Assembly (NCBI GenBank): GCA_905478415.1 | Contig: CAJQIG010000002.1 | Coordinates: 186,699-250,698 of the forward strand | Direction: 5' to 3' | Length of the DNA stretch: 64,000 nucleotides | DNA from: an uncultured Patescibacteria group bacterium | Lineage (GTDB): Bacteria; Patescibacteriota; Microgenomatia; UBA1400; PJMF01 | Position numbers and translations under genes: made by a program | The notes under the pieces: generated by a model | Told to the model about the DNA's origin: nothing | The model's input: the letters and a program-made list of their open reading frames with translations, nothing else | The model's database searches: none | Part shown: positions 55,306 through 64,000 of the stretch, piece after piece | How the letters are laid out: every line of letters begins with the position of its first letter | Numbering within the stretch: position 1 is the first letter of the stretch

Positions 55306-55680
55306 ATGGCAGACGACGCACAAACACCACCAGCACAAGATGACAAAAATCCACTTGATGTTTTAGAAGAACTTTTAAAAGATTCTGGATCGGGAAGTGG
55401 TTCTGGCTCCAGTGGTGGAGCTGCACCAGCTAAAGAAGGTGAGCTCACAGAAGAAGAGCTTGCTCAAAAACGGCTCGAGTTTGAACAAAAGAAGGCTGAC
55501 CAGGCGGTGGTAGATACCGCAGACATTGAAAAGCAGAAGGCATTGCTTGAAACTATTACGCAAACACCAGCCTATCAGGCTCGGGTTCAACAGGAAGAAG
55601 CAGCTGTTGAACAAACAGTTAAAAATGAAGAAGCTGCTGTAGGTTTTGACATAAAACAGCTTGAGCACGATAAAATTTAA
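55306..55680 (+). CDS. hypothetical acidic protein
   Basis: 124-aa ORF with a Gly/Ser linker. Confidence 0.35.
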   Translation: MADDAQTPPAQDDKNPLDVLEELLKDSGSGSGSGSSGGAAPAKEGELTEEELAQKRLEFEQKKADQAVVDTADIEKQKALLETITQTPAYQARVQQEEAAVEQTVKNEEAAVGFDIKQLEHDKI

Positions 55681-55713
55681 GTCGATTTTTAGATACAAGA
55701 ACGGAGAAACGGT

Positions 55714-56334
55714 ATGCCCGGTCCAAAACCAGGTGGTTCCAGCACAGCTATGCGTCCAGGCGGTGGATTTAATTCCATGCCAGGTGGCATGTCCGAACAT
55801 ATGGACGATGCAGCGCTGCAGAGCGCTATGACCCAGAAGGCTGGATCGCAACAAGCTGGTCAAATTTCACCTCAACAAATGGCGCAAGCTGCGGCTGGAT
55901 CGTCTCAACAACAAAAAAAACCTCCTCGCGAAGTGGGGACGATCGGTGAAGAACTCCAGAGAGTTGGAGCTGATTTATTTGAAGGTGTCAAAGATTTATT
56001 TAGTTTTTCTGCTTGGTTTGGTATTAACTCTGACACGCTTTCTCCAGATGAAAAGCAACGGATGAAAGTGGTTCATCAAAATTTTCAAAAACTTGACCAA
56101 GAACAGCAAGCATATGCTCGTCAAAAGTATCAGGAAGAGCAACAGCGCAAAAAGATGCAAGAAGAAGAGGCCCGCCAACGAAGACAACAAGAAGAAGCTG
56201 CCCAAAGTCAGATGGTGATGCCAAGTGGTCCAAGTAAGGGAGCCCAAGGACCTGGTGGCAGTAAGAAACAAAAAGCTACCCAGATGCTTCAGGATAAGCG
56301 CAAGAAGCTGGGTGGTCCGGGGGATGTGAATTAA
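55714..56334 (+). CDS. hypothetical Gln/Pro-rich low-complexity protein
   Basis: 206-aa ORF. Confidence 0.35.
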   Translation: MPGPKPGGSSTAMRPGGGFNSMPGGMSEHMDDAALQSAMTQKAGSQQAGQISPQQMAQAAAGSSQQQKKPPREVGTIGEELQRVGADLFEGVKDLFSFSAWFGINSDTLSPDEKQRMKVVHQNFQKLDQEQQAYARQKYQEEQQRKKMQEEEARQRRQQEEAAQSQMVMPSGPSKGAQGPGGSKKQKATQMLQDKRKKLGGPGDVN

Positions 56335-56379
56335 CGGTTTTTTGTTTCAATGTTATACTAAGCCCGCTGAAGGAAAAAT

Positions 56380-57807
56380 ATGAAGTTATACAATACTCTG
56401 AGCCGAAAAGTTGAAGAATTTCAACCTGCAAATGCACCGAAAGTGAGCCTCTATGCCTGCGGCTTCACCGTCTACGACTACACCCACTTGGGGCATCTTC
56501 GCAAATACTCTATGGATGATATCCTGATTCGTACACTTAAGTACTTTGGGTATGAAGTTACCTTTGTTCAAAATGTGACTGATGTAGGTCACTTGGCTTC
56601 AGATGCCGATACGGGCGAGGATAAACTCGAAAAAGGGGCCAAAAAATATGGCCAATCAGTCTATGACATTGCCCACAAATTTGAAGACTACTTCTTTGAA
56701 AGCATGGATGCTATGGGTAACCTTCGTCCCGATGTTAGCTGTCGAGCTACTGACCACATTGAGCAACAGTTAGCAATGGTTTTGGAGTTAGAAAAAAAAG
56801 GTTTTACCTATGTTATTGATGGCGATGGTGTCTATTTTGACACCTCAAAATTGAGTGATTATGGCAAGCTGGCGCGACTCAACTTGGAGCAGCAGAAAGA
56901 AGGCGCTCGAGTTGATGTGGTGGTAGGCAAGCGAAATCCTGCGGATTTCGCGCTCTGGAAGTTCGAAAAACCAGGAGAAAACAGAGCTATGGTGTGGCCA
57001 AGTCCTTGGTCGGAACGGAGTTTTCCCGGTTGGCACATCGAGTGTAGCGCCATGAGTATGGAGTACCTTGGAGATCAAATTGATATTCACACTGGTGGCA
57101 TTGACCACATTCCTGTGCATCATACCAATGAAATTGCTCAGGCCGAAGCCGTCACCGGCAAAAAACCTTTTGTAAAATACTGGGTGCATCATAATTTTCT
57201 TCGGGTTGAGAATGAGAAGATGAGCAAATCGCTGGGTAATTTTTTTACCATTGATGATGTGATCAAAAAAGGATTTCATCCCAAGGCTCTCAGACTTCTT
57301 TTCTTGAGTTCGCACTACCGAAGTGAGTTGAACTTTACGTGGGACTCATTAGCTGGTGCCCAAAAGGCACTTGAAAAGTTGGTTGCACAGCTAGGTGAAC
57401 ATCTCTCTGAAGAAAGCATAAACATCAAAGATGTATCGCCAGCTGCACTCGATTTTAAAGATCGATTCGTAGCCGCTATGGGGAATGATCTTGATACGCC
57501 TCAGGCGGTAGCAACACTTTGGGAGGTGCTCAAATCTTCACTTTCAGGTGCAGAAAAGGCAGTTTTACTCAGTGAATTTGACCAGCTGCTTGGATTTGAT
57601 TTTAAAGGTCTCGTGACAGAGTTTTCTCAAGAAGTTGTAGATCTAACCAAGTTGCCAGAGGAAGTTCGGACACTCCTAGATCAGCGAAAAGAAGCCCGAG
57701 CCAATAAAAATTGGCAGCGATCAGATGAGCTAAGATCTGCCTTGTTAGAGCAGGGTTTTTCGGTCGAAGACACTGCTGATGGGCAAGAGTTACATCGACA
57801 GAAGTAA
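56380..57807 (+). CDS. cysS: cysteine--tRNA ligase
   Basis: HLGH (HIGH) and KMSKS motifs; 475 aa. Confidence 0.9.
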   Translation: MKLYNTLSRKVEEFQPANAPKVSLYACGFTVYDYTHLGHLRKYSMDDILIRTLKYFGYEVTFVQNVTDVGHLASDADTGEDKLEKGAKKYGQSVYDIAHKFEDYFFESMDAMGNLRPDVSCRATDHIEQQLAMVLELEKKGFTYVIDGDGVYFDTSKLSDYGKLARLNLEQQKEGARVDVVVGKRNPADFALWKFEKPGENRAMVWPSPWSERSFPGWHIECSAMSMEYLGDQIDIHTGGIDHIPVHHTNEIAQAEAVTGKKPFVKYWVHHNFLRVENEKMSKSLGNFFTIDDVIKKGFHPKALRLLFLSSHYRSELNFTWDSLAGAQKALEKLVAQLGEHLSEESINIKDVSPAALDFKDRFVAAMGNDLDTPQAVATLWEVLKSSLSGAEKAVLLSEFDQLLGFDFKGLVTEFSQEVVDLTKLPEEVRTLLDQRKEARANKNWQRSDELRSALLEQGFSVEDTADGQELHRQK

Positions 57808-57808
57808 T

Positions 57809-58666
57809 TTATTTTTCAAGTTTTTTGAGTGCAGCCACAGTGTTGTTTGATGCCAGCCAGGACTCTGGTGTGCCACAATCCAAGTATTGGCTCTGCGGTG
57901 TATAAATCACGACAGGAAACTGGCCGGCCAGAATTGTTGCTGTATCGGTAATGTAGAGTTCTCCAGAATGTGGATTAGGAAGCTGGGTTTCGACGATCTC
58001 GAATACCGTAGGTGTAAAAATGTATTTGCTAATATTAGCTAAGTTTGATGGGGCAGTGCCAGGAGCTGGTTTTTCAACCAGCGTATCTAAGTAGTTGAGT
58101 CCTTTTTCGGTGTGCATTTTGGCAATGCCATATTTAGAGAGGTCTGCTTCTGGACGTTCTAGGCAAGTCACCAAGCCTTGCGCTTGGTTTTTTTCGTGAG
58201 CCGCAAGAAAGTGTGAAATCATAATGCCAGTTTCGCTGAATTTTTCGCCATTGTAGAGGAAGTCATCACCCATTAAGACCAGAAAAGCTTCTTCGTCAAG
58301 AAAGTATTCTTTGGCAACTTTGAGAGGTACGGCGGTGCCATACCCATCTGCAACTTTTTGGGTGACAAAGGTAAAGGTAGCCTTTTCATGTAGGGTAGTG
58401 AGGTGGTCTGCAGCTGCGTGTTTTCCTAAACTTCGAAGCTCGGCTACCAGGTGTTTGTTAGGAGAGTAGTACTCTTCAATTTGGGTGCTCGATTCGTTGA
58501 CTACAATCACAAACTCGGTAATACCACCTTGAATACAGTCGTCGACTAAGTAGTCGATAACTGGCTTGTTGAAGACTGGCAACATTTCTTTTTCGATTGT
58601 TTTTGTAATTGGAAGAAAGCGAGTTCCCATGCCTGCTGCCGTGATGAGTGCTTTTTTGATGTGCAT
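57809..58666 (-). CDS. UTP--glucose-1-phosphate uridylyltransferase paralog
   Basis: KALITAAGMGTRFLPITKTIEKEMLPVFNKPVIDY. Confidence 0.75.
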   Translation of the reverse strand: MHIKKALITAAGMGTRFLPITKTIEKEMLPVFNKPVIDYLVDDCIQGGITEFVIVVNESSTQIEEYYSPNKHLVAELRSLGKHAAADHLTTLHEKATFTFVTQKVADGYGTAVPLKVAKEYFLDEEAFLVLMGDDFLYNGEKFSETGIMISHFLAAHEKNQAQGLVTCLERPEADLSKYGIAKMHTEKGLNYLDTLVEKPAPGTAPSNLANISKYIFTPTVFEIVETQLPNPHSGELYITDTATILAGQFPVVIYTPQSQYLDCGTPESWLASNNTVAALKKLEK

Positions 58667-58750
58667 ATGGATAAGTATAACTCATCAATGAGTTCTCGGT
58701 AGGGAAGAACTGGGCTGTGTCTTGAAAAGAGACTGAGATCTTGAGATACT

Positions 58751-58951
58751 GTGGTCGATATGGCCAAACGAAAACTGATTATTCCTAAAAATAACAAAGT
58801 CTTTCTGGGTGTAGCTGCAGCTTTTGCAAACTATTTTAAGATTGATGTCACTCTGATACGAATTATCTGGGTACTTTTGCTGTTGCCAGGAGGTTTGCCC
58901 GGATTAATTCCTTACCTGATTAGTTGGCTGCTTATTCCAGAACGCGAATAG
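58751..58951 (+). CDS. PspC-domain membrane protein
   Basis: LGVAAAFANYFKIDVTLIRIIWVLLLL matches the PspC-domain pattern. Confidence 0.55.
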   Translation: MVDMAKRKLIIPKNNKVFLGVAAAFANYFKIDVTLIRIIWVLLLLPGGLPGLIPYLISWLLIPERE

Positions 58952-59008
58952 CTACTTTAATAAAGCAACTTTGTTGCAATATTTAATAGTTCGTGGTACG
59001 ATTCAGCA

Positions 59009-59926
59009 ATGAAACGTCTTTTTTTGTTACTTCCAATTTTAGTAGCCACAGTGGTTCTGGCCGGATGTAGTTTTCAAACTCCAGCAGTTACCAATGAGAA
59101 CTCGGATGAAACAGTACGTATTGCTGTCAGTATTGTGCCGTATGTTGATTTAGTCGAACAAGTTGGTGGTGACAGAGTAACTGTATTTTCCATTATTCCA
59201 GAAGGGTTTAGCCCTGAAGTCTATGAACCAACACCGCAAGAAATGCGAAAGTTAGCACAGGCTGATATTGTAGTTCTCAATGGAGGTCTGTCATTTGAAA
59301 CAGCGCTTGAAGAAAAAATTAGAGAAAGTAATCCATCAGCTCGAATCATCAGATTGAATGATGCCTTGCGCCCTGAAGATCTAGTATCTCTTGAGTCACA
59401 TGCGCACGATGATGGGGAAGTTCCTGATGCCAATACAGGAGGAGTAGATCCGCACACTTGGCTTTCTCCGAGTGTACTAGCTCGTCAAATTCCCAGTATT
59501 GTTACTGCTCTGCAACAAGTTGATGAAGCCTCGGCCCAAGAGTACCAATTTAGAGGTGAAGAGACAGTTGCAACCCTGACCGACTTGGCGGCCGAGTTGC
59601 AAGCAGCGCTCGCACCCTTTCAGGGCAGAGCTTTTTTGGTATACCACCCGGCTTTTGGATACTTTGCTCATGAATTCGGGCTAGAACAGCATTTTATTGA
59701 AGTTGAGGGTAAAGAACCTTCGGCTGCACAGTTGAAAGAGAGTATAGAAGCTATTAGGTCTGAGAATATTCGCGTCGTATTTTTAGAAAAACAATTTAGC
59801 ACTCGCTCCGCCGAGGCTTTAGCTCAAGAAATTGACGCCGAAGTGGTCTATGTGAATCCATTGGCTCAAAATTATTCTGAAAATCTACATACTTTAGCAA
59901 ATCACATTATCAATAGTTTATACTAG
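59009..59926 (+). CDS. znuA: metal (Zn/Mn) ABC transporter substrate-binding lipoprotein
   Basis: LAGC lipobox, DPHTWLSP motif, His/acidic loop HAHDDGEVPD. Confidence 0.75.
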   Translation: MKRLFLLLPILVATVVLAGCSFQTPAVTNENSDETVRIAVSIVPYVDLVEQVGGDRVTVFSIIPEGFSPEVYEPTPQEMRKLAQADIVVLNGGLSFETALEEKIRESNPSARIIRLNDALRPEDLVSLESHAHDDGEVPDANTGGVDPHTWLSPSVLARQIPSIVTALQQVDEASAQEYQFRGEETVATLTDLAAELQAALAPFQGRAFLVYHPAFGYFAHEFGLEQHFIEVEGKEPSAAQLKESIEAIRSENIRVVFLEKQFSTRSAEALAQEIDAEVVYVNPLAQNYSENLHTLANHIINSLY

Positions 59927-59932
59927 GTACAT

Positions 59933-60703
59933 ATGCAGGCACTTTCGGTTACTAATCTTTCAGTTCAGTATCCTCATGACTCTAAACGGGCTGTTGATGC
60001 AGTTTCTTTTGCACTCGAAAAAGGTTCGATTGCTGTTTTGATTGGCCCCAATGGTTCGGGGAAGTCGAGTGTTTTGAAAGCTTTGCTGGGTTTGTTAGAT
60101 TCGACGGGAGAAGTTTTATTCTTTGGTAAGCCTCTCGAAAAGGTGCGCGGCAAAGTTGGCTATGTGCCCCAGCGCTACAGCGTTGATACTACCATTCCAG
60201 TTACCGTGTATGAATTTTTGATGCTTGGGCTTCTGACCTGTCAACATTCTGATCGAGAGAAGCGAGAAATGATTACCACCGTTCTGGAAAAGGTTAATGT
60301 ACTGGGTAAAGAAAAGGAAAAAATTGCTGATCTCTCAGGTGGGCAACTACAACGTTTATTACTAGCTCGGGCGATTATTCATTCACCCAAGTTCCTTATC
60401 CTTGATGAACCAGAAGCCGGTGTTGATGCTGGTGGAGAACAGCTTTTTTACACCCTATTGAAAAAACTTTCTAAAGAAGATGGTGTCACCATTTTGCTAG
60501 CCTCTCACGAAGTAGCTCTGATTCATGAATTCGCCGATGCTGTTATCTGTATCAATAAAGAATTGGTGTGTTACGGCAAGCCAAAAAAAGTTTTGACAGC
60601 TGATACATTTAAAAAACTGTATGGGAGTGGCGTTATGTATTATAGTCATCAGGGACATGAACATCACCACCATGCTGATACCCACCAGAAAGGGGAGCAG
60701 TAA
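59933..60703 (+). CDS. znuC: metal ABC transporter ATP-binding protein
   Basis: Walker A GPNGSGKSS, signature LSGGQLQR, His-rich C-terminal tail. Confidence 0.8.
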   Translation: MQALSVTNLSVQYPHDSKRAVDAVSFALEKGSIAVLIGPNGSGKSSVLKALLGLLDSTGEVLFFGKPLEKVRGKVGYVPQRYSVDTTIPVTVYEFLMLGLLTCQHSDREKREMITTVLEKVNVLGKEKEKIADLSGGQLQRLLLARAIIHSPKFLILDEPEAGVDAGGEQLFYTLLKKLSKEDGVTILLASHEVALIHEFADAVICINKELVCYGKPKKVLTADTFKKLYGSGVMYYSHQGHEHHHHADTHQKGEQ

Positions 60704-61527
60704 TGCTAGCAGAATTTACCTCCCTCTTTGAGTTCGCCTTTTTCCAGAGAGCCCTGGTTGCGGGATTTTTGCTAGCAATCTTGGCTGGCATTGTAGGCGT
60801 ATTTAGCTCGATCAGAAAATCGACTTTTTTTGGTGATGCCATTGCTCACTCAGCTTTAGCTGGGGTTGCCCTAGGACTTTTTTTCAATGTGAATCCGCTG
60901 CTTTCTGCCGCAATCTATGCCGTGATAATTTCTGTGGCCTTGCCATGGTTTAAGAAACAGACGGGTTTTTCATTTGATTCGCTCCTAGGTATTTTGTTAC
61001 CAGTTTCAATGGGATTGGGAGTGATTATTTTTGCTTTACTGCCGGGATATCAACCAAATTTGTTAAGTTTTCTTTTTGGAAATTTACTGGCCGTCACCAG
61101 TACAGATTTGTATTTTTTGCTTGGATTATTTGTGGTGGTAGTAGGTGCACTACCTTTTTTTGGTCGAAAACTTTTATTTGTTTCACTTGATCCAGAGCAG
61201 GCTCAGTTGTTGGGTATCCCCGTTGCTTTTTACGAGTTGGTCTATCACTTTTTGATTGCACTTACCGTTGTTTCTGGAGTTCGGCTTGTTGGAGTCGTAT
61301 TGATTAATGCCTTTTTAGTTATTCCTTCGATGGTTGTGAGTTTACACGCTCGTTCACTGCAACAGTTATTTGTACTAACTCCGGTTGTGGCCTTTCTCTC
61401 AGTTGTGGGTGGGTTATTTCTTTCAGTTATTTTCAATTTACCCTCTGGAGCAACGATTGCAGTTTTTTCTGGTTTCGTATTTCTATGCAGTGTGAGTGTA
61501 AAAAAATTGAGGGGTGGTACCACATGA
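60703..61527 (+). CDS. znuB: metal ABC transporter permease
   Basis: 8 TM helices; position within the znu operon. Confidence 0.75.
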   Translation: MLAEFTSLFEFAFFQRALVAGFLLAILAGIVGVFSSIRKSTFFGDAIAHSALAGVALGLFFNVNPLLSAAIYAVIISVALPWFKKQTGFSFDSLLGILLPVSMGLGVIIFALLPGYQPNLLSFLFGNLLAVTSTDLYFLLGLFVVVVGALPFFGRKLLFVSLDPEQAQLLGIPVAFYELVYHFLIALTVVSGVRLVGVVLINAFLVIPSMVVSLHARSLQQLFVLTPVVAFLSVVGGLFLSVIFNLPSGATIAVFSGFVFLCSVSVKKLRGGTT

Positions 61528-61916
61528 AAAAGAGAAATCTTAAACAATTAGTTGTACAGATTTTAGAAGCTAATCATTATCTTACGGTCAGTGAAGTCAT
61601 GGTTGAACTAGAAAAGGTGGGGCACTCGTTCAACAAAACTAGTGTGTACCGGAACATTGAAAAGCTGAGCGAAGAGAAGCAGGTTTGTCGCCACTCATTC
61701 GGCACAGATAAAGTCTACTATGAGTTGCGTAGACTCGACGAGCACCATCACCATGATCATTTTGTATGCGAAGGTTGCCACAAGATAGAACCACTCGATT
61801 GTAGTGTAGAAGTGGTGAATACACCTACTAATTATAAGGTTGACCACCATCACATGACCATTTTTGGCACCTGTGATCAGTGTCAAAAATATGACCGAAC
61901 ACATTCGCCTAGCTAA
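61524..61916 (+). CDS. zur: Fur-family metal-responsive regulator (Zur-like)
   Basis: winged-helix segment plus HHHDHFVCEGCHKIEP metal sites. Confidence 0.7.
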   Translation: MKKRNLKQLVVQILEANHYLTVSEVMVELEKVGHSFNKTSVYRNIEKLSEEKQVCRHSFGTDKVYYELRRLDEHHHHDHFVCEGCHKIEPLDCSVEVVNTPTNYKVDHHHMTIFGTCDQCQKYDRTHSPS

Positions 61917-62943
61917 TCCACAACCAAAAATTTGGTTGATTCTGGTTCTATTCCTGACAGCCTTAGGGCTACTCCTTGTCTCATTGTTCATTACTACTGG
62001 CGGTTGGCAGCAAGATCAATCCTCATGGTTTGGTGAGCAACTTGAAAGTCCGGCCGAGGTGCCGAAAATAGAGCCAGAGCTTGAAATCCCTCAAGAAATA
62101 GAAAAAAGGTCAGTCACCCTTCTTTTTGGCGGAGACCTACAGTTTGATCGCTATATTCGACGCCAGGCAATGGGCCATGGAAGTTACGAATACATATTTA
62201 AAGAACTCGAATCACTCTTTGCAGAAGTTGACGGAGTTATCGCCAATCTAGAAGGGCCGGTGACCAGTTTTGATTCAGTCAGTCTCGGTTCAGTTGTTGG
62301 TAGTCGCGATAACTATATATTCACTTTCAGTCCAGAGGTTGTGCCGGTACTTAAAAATCTGGGTTTTGTGTTACTAAACCTGGGAAATAATCATATTTTA
62401 AATTTTGGTCAGGATGGCTTGGAAGAAACAAAGCAGTTGCTGGATGATGCCCAGATTGGGTATTGGGGAAATACTGGCGGCGAAACCTGGCTCGATGATT
62501 CGTTTTATTTGTACGAGCAGCATGGTGTTCAAATTTTATTTGTAAACTACAATGAATTCCTGTTTGGCGACAGAGAAGAACTGTTAGTCGAGATGCGAGT
62601 GCGTAAGGAACGACTCCAACCTGATTTTATGGTGGTCTACACTCACTGGGGGACTGAGTATCAGCAAGTTGCTAGTGAGTACTATCAGGATTTGGCTACC
62701 GAACTTGTCATAGCCGGAGCCGATATGATAATCGGTTCTCATCCACATGTGATCCAACAGCACCAGCAAATAGGCTCTGCGATGGTGTATTATTCTTTGG
62801 GGAATTTTGTATTTGATCAATATTTCGAAACAGCAGTGCGCAAGGGAACTTTGCTAAAAACAACCTTTACTGCCGGTGAAGAACTGAGTGTTTCAGAAGT
62901 GCCTATTTTCTTAGAAGGCACGGGAAAAACAGTTTTGGAGTAG
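61891..62943 (+). CDS. CapA-family metallophosphatase (poly-gamma-glutamate capsule synthesis-like)
   Basis: NLGNNH, YTHWGTEY and IIGSHPHV motifs; N-terminal TM. Confidence 0.65.
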   Translation: MTEHIRLANPQPKIWLILVLFLTALGLLLVSLFITTGGWQQDQSSWFGEQLESPAEVPKIEPELEIPQEIEKRSVTLLFGGDLQFDRYIRRQAMGHGSYEYIFKELESLFAEVDGVIANLEGPVTSFDSVSLGSVVGSRDNYIFTFSPEVVPVLKNLGFVLLNLGNNHILNFGQDGLEETKQLLDDAQIGYWGNTGGETWLDDSFYLYEQHGVQILFVNYNEFLFGDREELLVEMRVRKERLQPDFMVVYTHWGTEYQQVASEYYQDLATELVIAGADMIIGSHPHVIQQHQQIGSAMVYYSLGNFVFDQYFETAVRKGTLLKTTFTAGEELSVSEVPIFLEGTGKTVLE

Positions 62944-63017
62944 CAATTTGACTCTTTTTGAGCGAGTAACTTCAGACCAATTTCCTCGAGAAGCACTCTC
63001 CTTAGTGTGAAAAAGTA

Positions 63018-63046
63018 TTGACAAAGCCCATAACTAATGTTATTAT
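63018..63046 (+). promoter_or_regulatory. strong promoter P1 (TTGACA-17-TgtTATTAT, extended -10)
   Basis: near-identical to P2 at 63648. Confidence 0.55.
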
Positions 63047-63049
63047 ACT

Positions 63050-63590
63050 TATGTTGTTGTTTTCAACGCGCTTTTCTAAGTGTGGCTGAGAAAAACACGT
63101 ACATTAACAGACATTAGAAAAAATTCATTGTAAAACGTGAGTTTCCGGATGTCGTTAGAATTGATCAACATTGGTCTGTTCTCACGACTTCCGGAATATC
63201 TCACAAAAATGGGTGAGTGACCGGAATATATGCATCGCGCTGTAGTCGCAGCTGGATCGGTGCATCTTTACCCTCTTTTTAGAGGGCCGTTCGCCGACAA
63301 GGAAGTCGGCAGGGGTTTAGATGGGCAAATGTACCTCTTATACCAATTGCCTAGGTTGGAAGTCATCCTGTGATTAAAAACTTCCACTCTTATTCCATGT
63401 GCCTTTTTAGGCACGTCGCTCAAAGCCTGCCCGGCGAGCGACCACTCGAGGGTAGCAAGCGCAGCTACCCAACACTCAGTCCCCAAAATGGGGCCGGAAG
63501 CAATGGATTAATGACATCGCGCTGGTCATATCTAATGCTTCTGAGGGGTGTGGTTCGACTTTTGTTTCGAACCCACCCCTTTTTTTATTT
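63050..63590 (+). ncRNA. candidate ~0.5-kb GC-rich structured non-coding RNA (identity unknown)
   Basis: promoter-to-terminator unit with no convincing ORF; many local hairpins (ccctct/agaggg, gccgac/gtcggc, gtgcct/aggcac, gtcgctc/gagcgac); ~50% GC vs ~39% background. Confidence 0.3.
63545..63590 (+). terminator. strong rho-independent terminator (14-bp stem)
   Basis: ggggtgtggttcga-cttttgt-ttcgaacccacccc followed by ttttttt. Confidence 0.65.
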
Positions 63591-63647
63591 TTTCCTCTTT
63601 TATAGAGGATTTTTTGTATCTGAAATGGAGGAGAGTAGTCCCAGATA

Positions 63648-63676
63648 TTGACAAATCCCATAATATTTGTTATAAT
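63648..63676 (+). promoter_or_regulatory. strong promoter P2 (TTGACA-17-TgtTATAAT, extended -10)
   Basis: consensus hexamers; the transcript runs off the window end. Confidence 0.55.
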
Positions 63677-64000
63677 AATTGATATTGTTGGGACGTTTGT
63701 TCCAACTGCACATTTACTACTTTGGCCAATCTTCAGTGAGCGGCCAATTTGGATCATGTACAACTCTAAGTACGTGGTCCATATTGGCTGTTTGCTGGAC
63801 TATGGGGATTAGCATCCCACCATAGATTCAGAGCCCACAAGCACCACCACCCCAATCTCGAAAGTGGGTGGTAAACACTTCGTCTCTAGCTCCAGAGTGA
63901 GTTTTAGAGATAGGGCAACGATCCATTCTTAGTACTTTCACCTGAAAAGATCAGGGCAACAGGCACGTTGCATAAGTACTAATGGCCGGCAAGGTAGTGC

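Noticed and set aside
63370-63651. 93-aa plus-strand ORF and the 63268-63486 / 63476-63763 minus-strand ORFs
   Set aside because: They lie inside the GC-rich hairpin-dense region between a promoter and a terminator, with no RBS and low-complexity translations. Likely non-coding.
63040-64000. rRNA gene, RNase P RNA, tmRNA, SRP RNA or 6S RNA at the window end
   Set aside because: No match by eye to the 16S or 23S 5' ends. No match to RNase P P4/CR-I (AGGAAAGUCCGG) or CR-V. No tmRNA resume-codon or tRNA-like ends, and no SRP domain-IV consensus. Left as an unidentified structured RNA.

Overview
The window reads as a fragment of a low-GC, small-genome bacterium, possibly a CPR/Patescibacteria-like lineage (inference from gene content). 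Most of it is housekeeping core: thrS, gmk, the secE-nusG-rplK-rplA cluster, three tRNAs (Thr/Tyr/Thr) next to rpmG, rpmB, def-fmt, mreBCD-mrdA, dprA, topA, nadD, thyA, a DHFR-family gene, dut, tmk, recR, hpf, cysS, and a znuACB-zur operon. Between secE and a minus-strand tRNA-Trp lies an accessory stretch of about 14 kb. It holds a candidate cohesin/dockerin pair of cysteine-rich surface proteins, an IS200-type tnpA element with a GC-rich passenger ORF, and a glycosyltransferase. The stand-out feature sits directly 3' of tRNA-Trp (24.1–27.7 kb): a one-directional array of small gene cassettes carrying two toxin-antitoxin pairs, a SAM methyltransferase and several unknown small proteins. Every cassette ends in a ~30-bp direct repeat that is a degenerate copy of the 3' end (T-arm and acceptor) of tRNA-Trp. 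This looks like tandem accretion of very small integrase-less integrative cassettes at a tRNA attachment site. Other items worth a look: a methyltransferase fused to an iron-sulfur-flavoprotein-like domain; two near-identical strong promoters at the right end driving GC-rich, highly structured untranslated RNA; a consensus promoter with a ~230-nt leader at 27.8 kb; and duplicated GC-rich hairpin terminators flanking the GC-rich ORF beside the IS element. No CRISPR array and no rRNA were found.
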